A stretch of 63,394 nucleotides of DNA, counting the filler, from Collodictyon triciliatum (Eukaryota): NCBI GenBank assembly GCA_043381765.1. It is 5 parts of 5 records of this genome, joined end to end, with 100 filler letters (N's around TTAATTAATTAA, not from the genome) between each part and the next. Parts side by side here need not be neighbours in the genome. Positions count along the whole stretch, not along the records: positions 37,874 to 59,303 come from JBHJMP010001334.1; 4 more parts are not named here. One strand, 5' to 3'. Made by a program: the position numbers and the translations under genes. The notes below the pieces were generated by a model. The model made no database searches, was not told the DNA's origin, and saw nothing but the letters and a program-made list of their open reading frames with translations. Shown here in pieces: positions 39,366 through 50,400 of the stretch. Numbering within the stretch: the stretch's first letter is position 1; the number at the start of each line of letters is the position of its first letter.

Positions 39366-39455
39366 ATTATCAAATTGGTTTAACTTGGCAATCCCGTGAA
39401 ATCGTTTGCATTGCTTCTAATCTTTTTCTTCACGTCTATTAATGCCTTATAACCT

Positions 39456-41117
39456 TCAATTTAGTTCCACAACTGGGATTAGTGCTAAATCTTCTGCCCT
39501 AACAACCTCTGCTCTAGTTTGCATTACCTTTTCACATTCTAATTTGAAATCTCTGAGCTGTCCAATGTACTCTTGTAGCTCGGGTGGCAATGAATTATAA
39601 AATTTAACAACACCTTNNNNNNNNNNNNNNNNNNNNNNNNNNNNNNNNNNNNNNNNNNNNNNNNNNNNNNNNNNNNNNNNNNNNNNNNNNNNNNNNNNNN
39701 NNNNNNNNNNNNNNNNNNNNNNNNNNNNNNNNNNNNNNNNNNNNNNNNNNNNNNNNNNNNNNNNNNNNNNNNNNNNNNNNNNNNNNNNNNNNNNNNNNNN
39801 NNNNNNNNNNNNNNNNNNNNNNNNNNNNNNNNNNNNNNNNNNNNNNNNNNNNNNNNNNNNNNNNNNNNNNNNNNNNNNNNNNNNNNNNNNNNNNNNNNNN
39901 NNNNNNNNNNNNNNNNNNNNNNNNNNNNNNNNNNNNNNNNNNNNNNNNNNNNNNNNNNNNNNNNNNNNNNNNNNNNNNNNNNNNNNNNNNNNNNNNNNNN
40001 NNNNNNNNNNNNNNNNNNNNNNNNNNNNNNNNNNNNNNNNNNNNNNNNNNNNNNNNNNNNNNNNNNNNNNNNNNNNNNNNNNNNNNNNNNCTTTTTCAAG
40101 CAAAGCAATAAATCTGTAGTACGCAACATTCCAACATATCAAATCTAAAATTTCATCTTCTGTATAATCTAGTTCTTCGTTGGCAGCAAAGCTATAAAGA
40201 TATAAACGCACGTCTTCGTCAAATTCATTGTCCAAGTAATCCATAAACTCAAATTCCTTTTCTTCACCAAAATCTTTTGGAACATTATCTTTATAACTAA
40301 ACCCTCTGTGTTTATACCACTCTTTAAAACAAAGATTCATACCTGTGTACACTTTAGATGCTACTCTCTGACCACGCGCATTTTTTTTCTGAAGGTATCC
40401 TATTGTCAAATACTCTTTTTTATTTCCAATTTCTTTTATAACCTCGTCTGCAATTCTTTGCAATTCTTTCTCTCCTTCGGGGCTTTCTATTGCCTTGTCA
40501 AATTGTGCAAAATACGCATTTAGCTCATCCATTGTTGAATCAAATCGTCCCTTATCTTCTTCTGATTCTTCTTCTGATTCTTCTTCTGATTCTTTTTCTT
40601 CTGATTCTTTTTCTGATTCTTCTTCTTCTGATTCATCTTGTACTGGTGTTTGTACTTGTACTGGTGCTTCTTCTATTAATTCTTTTTCATATTCATCAAT
40701 ATCTATAAGAGGGGTTGCCCTAATTGGCACAGCTGAAGCTTTTGAGCCTCCAGGCTTACCTAAACTTTCGGGTGGCTCGTCTAAGGGGTCATCAGGCTCT
40801 GATTTCTCAGGTTCTTTCACAGGTTATTCCTAGTTTCAAAAAACTCCAAACTTAAATTTTGGATGATTTTTATAGATTCAGGTGCTTTATCAAAAAATTC
40901 TTTATATTTGTATACGCATTTCCCATCTTTCTTATATACATCTTTTTCTTTTATTGTAGTCTTGTTTTTGTAGGTAACGGGTATCAATCATAGCTTGTAA
41001 ATAATCATTAAGATCATCTCTTTTCATTTTCTTTTTTTTTTCATCTGGCAAATTCAGAAATTCGAATTATCCATATAAATAATAAATTCTTGTTTAGTAA
41101 AAACGACGGAAGCTCAT
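39456..41117 (-). pseudogene. Disrupted acidic (Glu-rich) ORF of the viral block, spanning an N gap
   Basis: Open part 40091-40820 (EESEEEESEKESEEKESEEESEEESEED) is preceded in frame by GAA-TAA-CCT. Upstream pieces from ATG 41117 (MSFRRF / TKQEFIIYMDN / NLPDEKKKKMKRDDLNDYLQAMID / KDVYKKDGKCVYKYKEFFDKAP) lie in shifting frames. Confidence 0.55.
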
Positions 41118-41562
41118 AATATAACTTTATATAAAAAAATTTCTTGGCTATGTATGATTGTGATGTTAGNNNNNNNNNNNNNNNNNNNNNNNNNNNNNNN
41201 NNNNNNNNNNNNNNNNNNNNNNNNNNNNNNNNNNNNNNNNNNNNNNNNNNNNNNNNNNNNNNNNNNNNNNNNNNNNNNNNNNNNNNNNNNNNNNNNNNNN
41301 NNNNNNNNNNNNNNNNNNNNNNNNNNNNNNNNNNNNNNNNNNNNNNNNNNNNNNNNNNNNNNNNNNNNNNNNNNNNNNNNNNNNNNNNNNNNNNNNNNNN
41401 NNNNNNNNNNNNNNNNNNNNNNNNNNNNNNNNNNNNNNNNNNNNNNNNNNNNNNNNNNNNNNNNNNNNNNNNNNNNNNNNNNNNNNNNNNNNNNNNNNNN
41501 NNNNNNNNNNNNNNNNNNNNNNNNNNNNNNNNNNNNNNNNNNNNNNNNNNNNNNCAAAATAC

Positions 41563-43185
41563 ATGCGCGTCAAGAACTACAACGACAAAGTGCTTGCGCG
41601 ACACACTACCCGAATTAGTCCTTTTAACGGTTCAATCTTTGGGCCAACTTCAATTGACCGAATACTTTTTAACATACCTTCCGAAACTGGAATGGAGATT
41701 GACATGGATACGCTCATGCTACATTTTTCGGCAAATATAACAGTTTCTGCTCCTAATGGAACTTATGATGCAGCTTTTTGTAATAGCATTGAGTCTGTAA
41801 TTGGAAATCTCCACATTAGGAAAGGATCATCTTTTCTATTGGAAGACATACAAAGATACAGCTACCTTGAGTCTATGTTTATGAATTACTTGGCAAAAGA
41901 TTACAATGATTGTGTTGGTCAAGCTGTGTTGGGTATAGGTCCTTATCACACAAGAGTGCAATCTGTAGTTGCAGATGCAGCAACCAATGCAGGATTCACC
42001 ACTTCACGAAAGTATTGTGTTCCGTTTAGACTGTCTGATATTTCAAACTACTCGGGTCTAATATCAACTTCACTAATTGATACAGTTTCGGCTTTTCAGA
42101 TTGAGATTGAACTGGCGCCTGCTACCGACGCGTGTCAAATTAATAATGTATCTGGAGGGGCCCCTCCTACTAATGCTACATATCAACTCAGTACGTGCTA
42201 CCTAACATATGATGTTGTTCGTATGGCTCCAGAATATCATCAACAGCTCCAGTCAAGTATTCAACGAGGCATTCCCCTGCAAATTCCGTACAAGACATGG
42301 AGAACCAGTATGTACAGCTTACCGGACGGGTCACAAACGCTGCATGTTTTCAATATCGACGATACAGTTAAATCACTGAATGCTGTGTATATTGCGTTTT
42401 TCAAGCAGCGAGAGCAAAGCACATTTATGGTTCCTGGCAAAGATAGAAAGCACAAGCCCCCAACACTTGTTGATGCCCAACTTCAACTCGGCTCATTCTA
42501 CTACCCGTTACAGCCGATGGACTGTGAAGGAAATGCACCCCAAGCATTCTTGGAGCTGCAAAAGGCGCTGGGTCTAACTCACGTTAGAAGTGAATACACC
42601 GGGCCATTTGGGTATGATGGCCGAAACTTTGTTGGCAACTATTTAAATTCTAGACAGAATTTGCAGACTGCGGAATTTTCCAACACAATACCTGAACAAG
42701 CTGGTGGTGCTGCTGGTGTTGCACAATCTGTTAGTGGCCCGACACCAACTATAGTCAATGATAATGGTGTAACTGTTAATGGACCATCATTAACTATAAC
42801 TCGAGTTGCAAATGGTACTGGCGATGCAAGAGCTGCGTACACTACTACTGTTCGTGCAAATTAAAATCATAGCGCTTTTGAATACGTTGCTGGTGCTACT
42901 GACGTTGGCGTTTCTATAGTCCCCAGAAATTATTATGAAGGCGCTTGCCAGGGCCCATGCACTGAATTTATGATTGGCTTCAATCTCCGCAAAGTCCTCG
43001 ATGCGGTCGAAGGGGAGATCGTGGGAACAGACATTCAGTCATCCGGCTCGGGCTTGATGTCATTGCGATTAAATTTCAATGCTGCTATTGGTGATACTGA
43101 CGGGCCATACAATATTATTGTTGCTTCGCTGTACGACGCCGTCCTTGAAATTCAATCCAACCAGCAGACTTTCCGCGTAGAATAA
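41563..43185 (+). pseudogene. PLV-type double-jelly-roll major capsid protein with one in-frame TAA (42862-42864); true start probably in the upstream gap
   Basis: N-terminal RISPFNGSIFGP..ILFNIP..IDMDTLMLHF..SVIGNLHIRKG..LLEDIQRYSYL; middle FQIEIELAP..YQLSTCYLTYDVV, KSLNAVY, QLQLGSFYYPLQP..AFLELQKAL. After the stop, in the same frame: FMIGFNLRK..GTDI..LRLNF..YDAVLEI. These match my recollection of PLV MCP motifs; not searched. Confidence 0.8.
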
Positions 43186-43201
43186 AATATTTATATAAGT
43201 A

Positions 43202-43357
43202 ATGGAACCGATTACAATAATCTCATTACTTATGACTTGTGTGCTCTTGATAGAGCGGGTGTGGAAATATACAGTCGACCATCTCAAACGCAGTTCGTGT
43301 TGTGGGAGCACTGTCGAATTTAAAAGTGAAAAGGATTTGTTACATAACGCGTCTTGA
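43202..43357 (+). CDS. 51-aa single-TM viral protein with basic/di-cysteine motif (not in ORF track)
   Basis: MEPITIISLLMTCVLLIERVWKYTVDHLKRSSCCGSTVEFKSEKDLLHNAS*. Starts 16 nt after the MCP stop and ends 9 nt before the next ATG. Confidence 0.65.
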   Translation: MEPITIISLLMTCVLLIERVWKYTVDHLKRSSCCGSTVEFKSEKDLLHNAS

Positions 43358-43366
43358 AAATTTAAA

Positions 43367-43394
43367 ATGGGCCGCCCGCTCCGAGCACTCAATA
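43367..43394 (+). CDS. Start of a further viral ORF (MGRPLRALN...) running into the N gap
   Basis: ATG in AAAATG context directly after the small ORF; only 9 codons visible. Confidence 0.3.
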
Positions 43395-44115
43395 NNNNNN
43401 NNNNNNNNNNNNNNNNNNNNNNNNNNNNNNNNNNNNNNNNNNNNNNNNNNNNNNNNNNNNNNNNNNNNNNNNNNNNNNNNNNNNNNNNNNNNNNNNNNNN
43501 NNNNNNNNNNNNNNNNNNNNNNNNNNNNNNNNNNNNNNNNNNNNNNNNNNNNNNNNNNNNNNNNNNNNNNNNNNNNNNNNNNNNNNNNNNNNNNNNNNNN
43601 NNNNNNNNNNNNNNNNNNNNNNNNNNNNNNNNNNNNNNNNNNNNNNNNNNNNNNNNNNNNNNNNNNNNNNNNNNNNNNNNNNNNNNNNNNNNNNNNNNNN
43701 NNNNNNNNNNNNNNNNNNNNNNNNNNNNNNNNNNNNNNNNNNNNNNNNNNNNNNNNNNNNNNNNNNNNNNNNNNNNNNNNNNNNNNNNNNNNNNNNNNNN
43801 NNNNNNNNNNNNNNNNNNNNNNNNNNNNNNNNNNNNNNNNNNNNNNNNNNNNNNNNNNNNNNNNNNNNNNNNNNNNNNNNNNNNNNNNNNNNNNNNNNNN
43901 NNNNNNNNNNNNNNNNNNNNNNNNNNNNNNNNNNNNNNNNNNNNNNNNNNNNNNNNNNNNNNNNNNNNNNNNNNNNNNNNNNNNNNNNNNNNNNNNNNNN
44001 NNNNNNNNNNNNNNNNNNNNNNNNNNNNNNNNNNNNNNNNNNNNNNNNNNNNNNNNNNNNNNNNNNNNNNNNNNNNNNNNNNNNNNNNNNNNNNNNNNNN
44101 NNNNNNNNNNNNNNN

Positions 44116-44260
44116 TTGTTGTTGTCACGGCATCACCGTCGCCGTCAGTGTCTCTCTCTTCTCCGCCAATGTACCACCAACCATTCAAGTCTGATGGTAC
44201 CATATCATATTTATCTTTAAGACCAATGATAAATCTTTCGTGCAGCGTGTACTTGTTCAT
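44116..44260 (-). CDS. N-terminus of a viral-like hypothetical protein (rest in gap)
   Basis: MNKYTLHERFIIGLKDKYDMVPSDLNGWWYIGGEERDTDGDGDAVTTT; AAAATG start context with AAAATTGA upstream. Confidence 0.55.
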
Positions 44261-44293
44261 TTTGAAATCGGCCCGACAAATTATAAACCCAAA

Positions 44294-44301
44294 TCAATTT
44301 T
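44294..44301 (-). promoter_or_regulatory. AAAATTGA motif (Mimiviridae early-promoter consensus)
   Basis: TCAATTTT on the + strand at 44294-44301, 34-41 nt upstream of the minus-strand ATG at 44260 and in the matching orientation. Confidence 0.5.
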
Positions 44302-44390
44302 TGTTTTTGGCGAGGATGGCGCGCGTTCATACCATATATGGTCGTGAATTGGGTATATAAACGCACAAAATAATTGAGGATGAAATAAAC

Positions 44391-44432
44391 TGATATTTAT
44401 TTATTCTATATATCTAGAATAAATAAATATCA
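44391..44432. terminator. Perfect 18-bp AT-rich inverted repeat/hairpin
   Basis: TGATATTTATTTATTCTA (44391-44408), loop TATATC, TAGAATAAATAAATATCA (44415-44432). The structure is certain; the function is inferred. Confidence 0.5.
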
Positions 44433-44492
44433 ATATCTTCCTCGTACCACCACTATTTGCACAAGTGCAGTCACCATATTTTAGCATTTTAG

Positions 44493-47400
44493 ATACGAAT
44501 TGCCATCTTCACAAGGACTTTTCTACCAAATATGAGCAGATAGATTTAGCTTGTGATTTTTTCAACCATTTCAATCCTTAGAGATGAACCGATATCAAAA
44601 ACTGCTTGGGTTACTGAAAATCAGGGAATAATCAAGGCCTGGATACAAGAGCGTATCTCAAGAAGTGGCCACCAAAATCCTTTTGATTTCTCTGCACGTT
44701 CTTTCACAAGTATGCCATTTTCTTTTCTTTTCTCTTATTTTAAAAAAATACAGACCACTCAAAGCAGCTGGTGAGATTTTTTAAATGAATTTTTCTTATA
44801 ACAAAGAAAGAGTGATTTTTTATTTTATGAAATTCTCTAGGTGTCGTGATAAAATGCCTTTGGATTCTGATGGGTATAAGCATAGGAAGCGATGATGTTG
44901 GGGTGCCTCTCTTTTTCATGAAACAAAATAAAATTTAATGACATAAAATACCCAATATACATCGGACATTATTCAGTATTTTTATTTGATAAAAAAATCG
45001 ATAATATATCTTTATATCATACCATGCATATTATTTGACAATTACTTATCCCAATACCTTAGATATCTGTAACTGACAACAGCAAGATCGCTTCTGATTT
45101 ATGCGCGTCTTTGTCTATTCCTTCATTGTTTGACGGTTGTTTATACATTGAACACTTTGACTACATACATCTCAGCTGATTTGACAATTTCCGCTTAGGA
45201 ATGATGTGTGATGGAAGAGAAGCTGTCGTTCTCTTTCGCACTGCGATTATATACGACAGAGTACGATAGTATATTTAAAACGAGTACAACAATTGATATT
45301 TTAATTTACATATATCTCACATAAAACATCCCCTTATTGCATCAAGGTCTTCAATCCGGACAACGGCGATCAAAGTTTAAAGACCAAACGTTGGAGCCCC
45401 CCTCCACAAAAGTATAAGACGAACACCCCGATAAACCCCATCGTATTCGAGCAGGGAGTCATTCGAGTCTTTCTTTCCTCTACGTTTCGTGATATGCAAA
45501 AGGAGCGCGATAAGTTTTTTGAGCAAGGGGCTCCAGAGTGAGTAATTAAGAGAATAACCTTTATAATATCAAGCCCATTTACACCCAAATTATCATTCAT
45601 TAATGTTAAAATGTATTCAAAAACGTGACCAAAAAAAAAAAAGACTTCGGCGTCTGGCAAAGTCGAAGGGAATAGACCTTGTCTTTATAGACTTGAGATG
45701 GGGACTAACAGCTGAGGATAGTAGCGATGGATGGGTGATTTGAATCTTCCTGTCATCAACATAAAGCTTTTCAAAAGGAAAGAAGTAACCATTAACCAAT
45801 ATTTATCAAAACCCACAGGTTGTTATTAGATGCTGTGATTCCATTAAAAAATGTAGCTACTTCGTATGCCACCTTGGTGCGAGGTATGGATGGGTTCCTG
45901 ACCAAACAGATCCAAAACAATGGCACCCCGATACAAACATTAGATTTCCATTCCTGGACAAAATACCTGGCTTGAGTGTCACAGAGTATGAGGTACTCCT
46001 TGATTTTATCACCTCTATTCAAATTTACTGATGGAGACTTTTTCTACACATCAATATTACATCGCCAAGAAAAGAAGAAATAATATAGATTTAATTCTTA
46101 TTCTGCAACAAACGGATGAGTGCAGATTCAGTATGCTGCGTTGACAGACCAACCGTCTTGCAGCCGAGTCTTCTTTTATTTCCGAGACGAGTCTTATGCG
46201 GTAGAGCATGCCAAAAACGCTGAAGAGAAGAAACTATTCCAAGCAGAGAGCGAAGAGAGTGTAATTTCTTTCTTTGAAGAAGCCATCTCGACGAAAATTG
46301 ATTTTTATTCTGTTAGATGGGTAATTGAAACGTTTCCATAACTTTAGATGAGGCGACAAAACGTACTGAAGAGTACCATCAAGGAAAAATATGGCACGGT
46401 GATTTACACTAGCCCTGAAGACTTTACCAATTTGGTAGTTTCACACCTTACTCACTCCATCAATGAAGACTTTGGGGATAGAGAGGTAATCTATGCATAT
46501 AGCTTGAATTTCCTTTAAAGACATCTCATGCTCCTTTTACATTCGTCTAATTACTTGTCACTAGGTTAGGGACCCAGAAGAGCAATCTCAGTATCAATTC
46601 ATGCTGCATCGTCTAGCTGGATTTGAAGGGAGAAGTGAATTAATTAAAGAAATTGCTCAAAAGGTATCACTAAATGATAACAACTATGTTCTACTACTAA
46701 TTTGTAAGGCACACGCGCCTCTAAGCTCATACGAATCACAACCACAGGCTTCAAGCCAGTTATCAGGGGATGACACTAAAATTACAGTTCTGGCAGCTGA
46801 ATCTGGTATCGGAAAATCTTCCTTAATGGCCGCAACTGTGAGATATTTACGCGGGAAAAATATGATCAATACAATTATCGTATATCATTTTGTTGGATGC
46901 ACAAACTTGAGCAACTACGTAGAGAGGTTTTTTTTTTAAAAAAAAAGCAGAAATCGTTGCACTCATTCATTTTCTCATTCAATTTATAAATGCCTTTTCT
47001 AACTCAAATCCTTCGTATGTCTATTTGCACAATAGTGTATCATCCAGATTTTGGCAAATAGTAACAGAAAGCGAAAGAGTTTCAGATCCTCATCTTAAAA
47101 GAAACGGTATCCTTATCCCTACTATCACTATCACTATCACTATCACTATGATTATGATTATGATTATCTTTGGTAGGCTGTGTGTCATTTCATATTACTA
47201 GCAAACTTGTACTATGAAGTGCTAAGCGTATATTTAAATCTTGCCACGGTTTAAACTCATTCCATAGAAACGGAGCTAAAAAAGCACGGGTTATCTGGCT
47301 TATTCAGATATATGGAGAGCACTCAATTGTAAGAATTGAATGATGTTAGAATTCTAAAATTACACCTATGATTTCTCAGTAACTTAAAGATATTTACATC

Positions 47401-50400
47401 AAAGGAAAAATAAGTACATATTTTTGGTTGATGCTATCAATCAATTGCTCGCCTCCCAAGAAACACCAGCTCCCCATGCGCTTACATGGCTACCAAAGGT
47501 TACACCAGTCAATGTGGCTCTTATCGTTTCTACTATTGATTCTCATGAATCATGCAAGGTAAATGTAGCAGAATGCAGCCATTCAGATGCGAAGCTCCTT
47601 TTTGTAAACTTCTAAATAATATTTTCGTATTAGAATGCCATAGCTGAGTCCCTTCAAATAATCCCAGTCAAAAAACTCAAAATAGAAGAGATAAGTGATG
47701 CTGTAGTTTCCTTCTTGGGTCGATTTGACAAGAAACTTAGTGAAACACAAATGAAAATGATACTAGATGGAGAAAAAAATACAGGTTCGTTTTTGTTGAA
47801 AATATGACACACTAATATTTATTAACACTCTTGTCTATCACAACGCCACAGGACATCCACTCTATCTTCGTTTAGTACTTGAGGAAATTCGAATATTTGG
47901 TGTCTATGAAAAGCTGGATTTCGAACTGCAGACCCTCTTGGATTCAGATAATGTCATCGAACTATATGATATGATAATCGCTAAATGGGAGACTAAATTC
48001 ACAACCGATGGTAGTTATGAAACCAAAGATTTTCGCTTATTGTAGATGTTTAGAACTTTCTAAAAATATATGTTTTGTGTCTTATTCAAAAAATCTTTCT
48101 AACAGAGCTATAAATTTTGCGATTCCCTAATTAGGTGCCCCTATTGTCGAGAAATCTATGAAAGTCTTGTTTGTCTCCAGGATTGGTTTAAGTGAAGGAG
48201 AACTCGATAAATACTTGAAAAATGCATTCGGGAATGAATTTGAGCTCGCGAAATGGTAATATGACGCATGCTTCAATGATATACCGGCCTCGTGAGAATG
48301 GAAGATTGGGTTACTCAACATCATAACCACTCTTCAAAAAAAACTATATTGAATTTTTTGATTACGTAGGAAATCTTTCTTCTTTACGCTAGCGGAGTCA
48401 TTGTTTGTAAGAAATGGAAGGTTTATTTCATTCCCCTAAAATAGCAGTATTTTGCATACCATCTCTATTTTCATCATGCACTATCGTTAGGTACATGTAC
48501 TTTCACCAACTACTGCTCGAAACAACAGAGAAACGCTTTTTCCAACAAGAAAGCTCTCTGATCGAGACCCACAAGGATTACGGTAAGTGGTTATTCAGTG
48601 AGTATGGAGAAGATGAAGAAGCAGAAGTGGAGCTTGTTTCAGAAATCTGCTATCAATTGGTTCGCGGGGATTATTACGAACTTCTAATCGATTACTTGAG
48701 AAACGAGCATGTAATATAATTATGAATACATTCTTTAAGCCAAGAAACAAATTTTGGTATTTCTTTTTTATTTGGTTCAAAATATCGATGGCATAAAATT
48801 TTTGTTTTGGAAAATTTTGAATCAAAGAAAGGAGAAAAAATTGCTGTGGACATATGTAAGTCAAGGATAACCTTGATAATTCCTTAGGTTATTATCAAGA
48901 TGCTTGATGGCAGATACCGATATGAATTTTTCAGTTGTTGGAGAAAAATAGAAGAAAAAGGATTCTCTCAATACAAAGAAGTATATAGAGGCCTGTCAAG
49001 TGTAATTAATTTATTTCATAGTGATTTTCATGATTGAATAATAGTAGTTCAAGAAATATGTAAAGCTTTGAAATTTCGATCTACTCAAATTTACAAATCA
49101 TTCGAAAAATCAGTCACTCTCGCCAGTAGGAGACTACCTTATCGGGTTTATGTTGGAGGCTTTTGAAAATTCTTTTTTAATCCCTATCCTCTTGCAGAGA
49201 ATTGGAAAGAGAAGTAACGAAGGTATTTTCAATATAATAGAAACCATTTGACACGAAAAATATTATTAATTATTTTTAAATATAGAACTCAGAGTGGGAG
49301 ACTATATCAATCTGGGAAGGGTTTATTACAACCTTGAAAAGTATGCTTTATTTGTATCAACATATTATTATTTACCATTTATGGGTGTTCCCGTCTCACC
49401 CAGATAATAATCAAATAGTTGGCAAGAGGCCATGTCGTATCTCCAAAAATCTTTGGCAATAAAATTAAAGTATTCAAACGGAGTCGACGAGGATATTGCA
49501 TCTCTACAGGACGAAATTGGAAATGTTTTTTTGAAGGAAAATAGGTCTCGCTTATTAGCTGGCACATTCCAGTATCGATTATACCTTCCATTTAATAAAA
49601 TTTAAACCAAAATTTTGCGTAGATCTTATAAGGAATTTATACTGATAGAGTTCAAGATGCTTATGAAAGCTATGGAAAAAGCCTGGATGTTCGAAAGAAA
49701 CTGTTTGGTTCGGATGATGTTAATGTTGCCCAGTCACACGATCGATTTGGAGACGTGTATATTCGCATGAAAAAGTATAAAATTATACCTTACCTTAAAG
49801 AAAGAACACCCTAAAATTATTGGAACAAACCTTGTCAAACCTTTTAACTTCCTTATGGATCAGTATGATATTAATATTGAACCTTTATTTTTCATATAAG
49901 AATTAATGAGGGAAGAAAATGTTTCCAACTTGCCATGGATATAAGATCAAAGAAATTAGGCAATAATCACCCACTATATGCTCTATCACTCCAAAACATG
50001 GCACGCGTCTACCTGGAAGAACGAAAGTAAGAAAATACAAGGATATATTTCAAATATTTGAAAATTACCACAATTATTAGTACTCATATCGCAACATAAA
50101 AACATAATGTCATCTAACAGTTTCGAGAAAGGATTCCAAAATTTCCATGACGCCGCCATGATTTTGAAGAAAACAATTGGAGACAAGCACCCCACTTACG
50201 GCCTAGCCATTCAGGGGTTGTCAAACGTTCATCTTTTAGTAAATGAGTATGTTTTTGTGAATTTAACTAAAATTGTGAAATAATCCGTCTGTTTCAAAAA
50301 AAAATAGATCTTTACTAGTATATCTCACTATCTCAGACCTGAAAAAGCTTTGCCAATATTGGAGACATCTCTTGACATACTAGTGAGGGGATTAGGTGAA

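Larger units (their letters stand above)
37874..44440. mobile_element. Endogenous Polinton-like virus / virophage-like element, partial and decaying
   Basis: Intron-free, microsatellite-free, tightly packed ORFs in an otherwise intron-rich region. Contains a double-jelly-roll MCP-like gene, an AAAATTGA motif and a terminal hairpin. The left end is cut by an artificial linker and there are three internal N gaps (474, 385, 721 nt). Confidence 0.8.

Noticed and set aside
41563-43185. Alternative genetic code (TAA=Gln) as explanation for the MCP internal stop
   Set aside because: TAA ends the MCP itself, the myosin and other genes here, and long ORFs otherwise lack internal TAA.
43302-44360. Long ORF-track entries spanning N gaps
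   Set aside because: Their lengths are artefacts of translating N; only the sequenced ends were interpreted.
37874-44440. Terminal inverted repeats or target-site duplication for the viral element
   Set aside because: I see no match between the left end and the reverse complement of the right end; the left end is cut at a linker.
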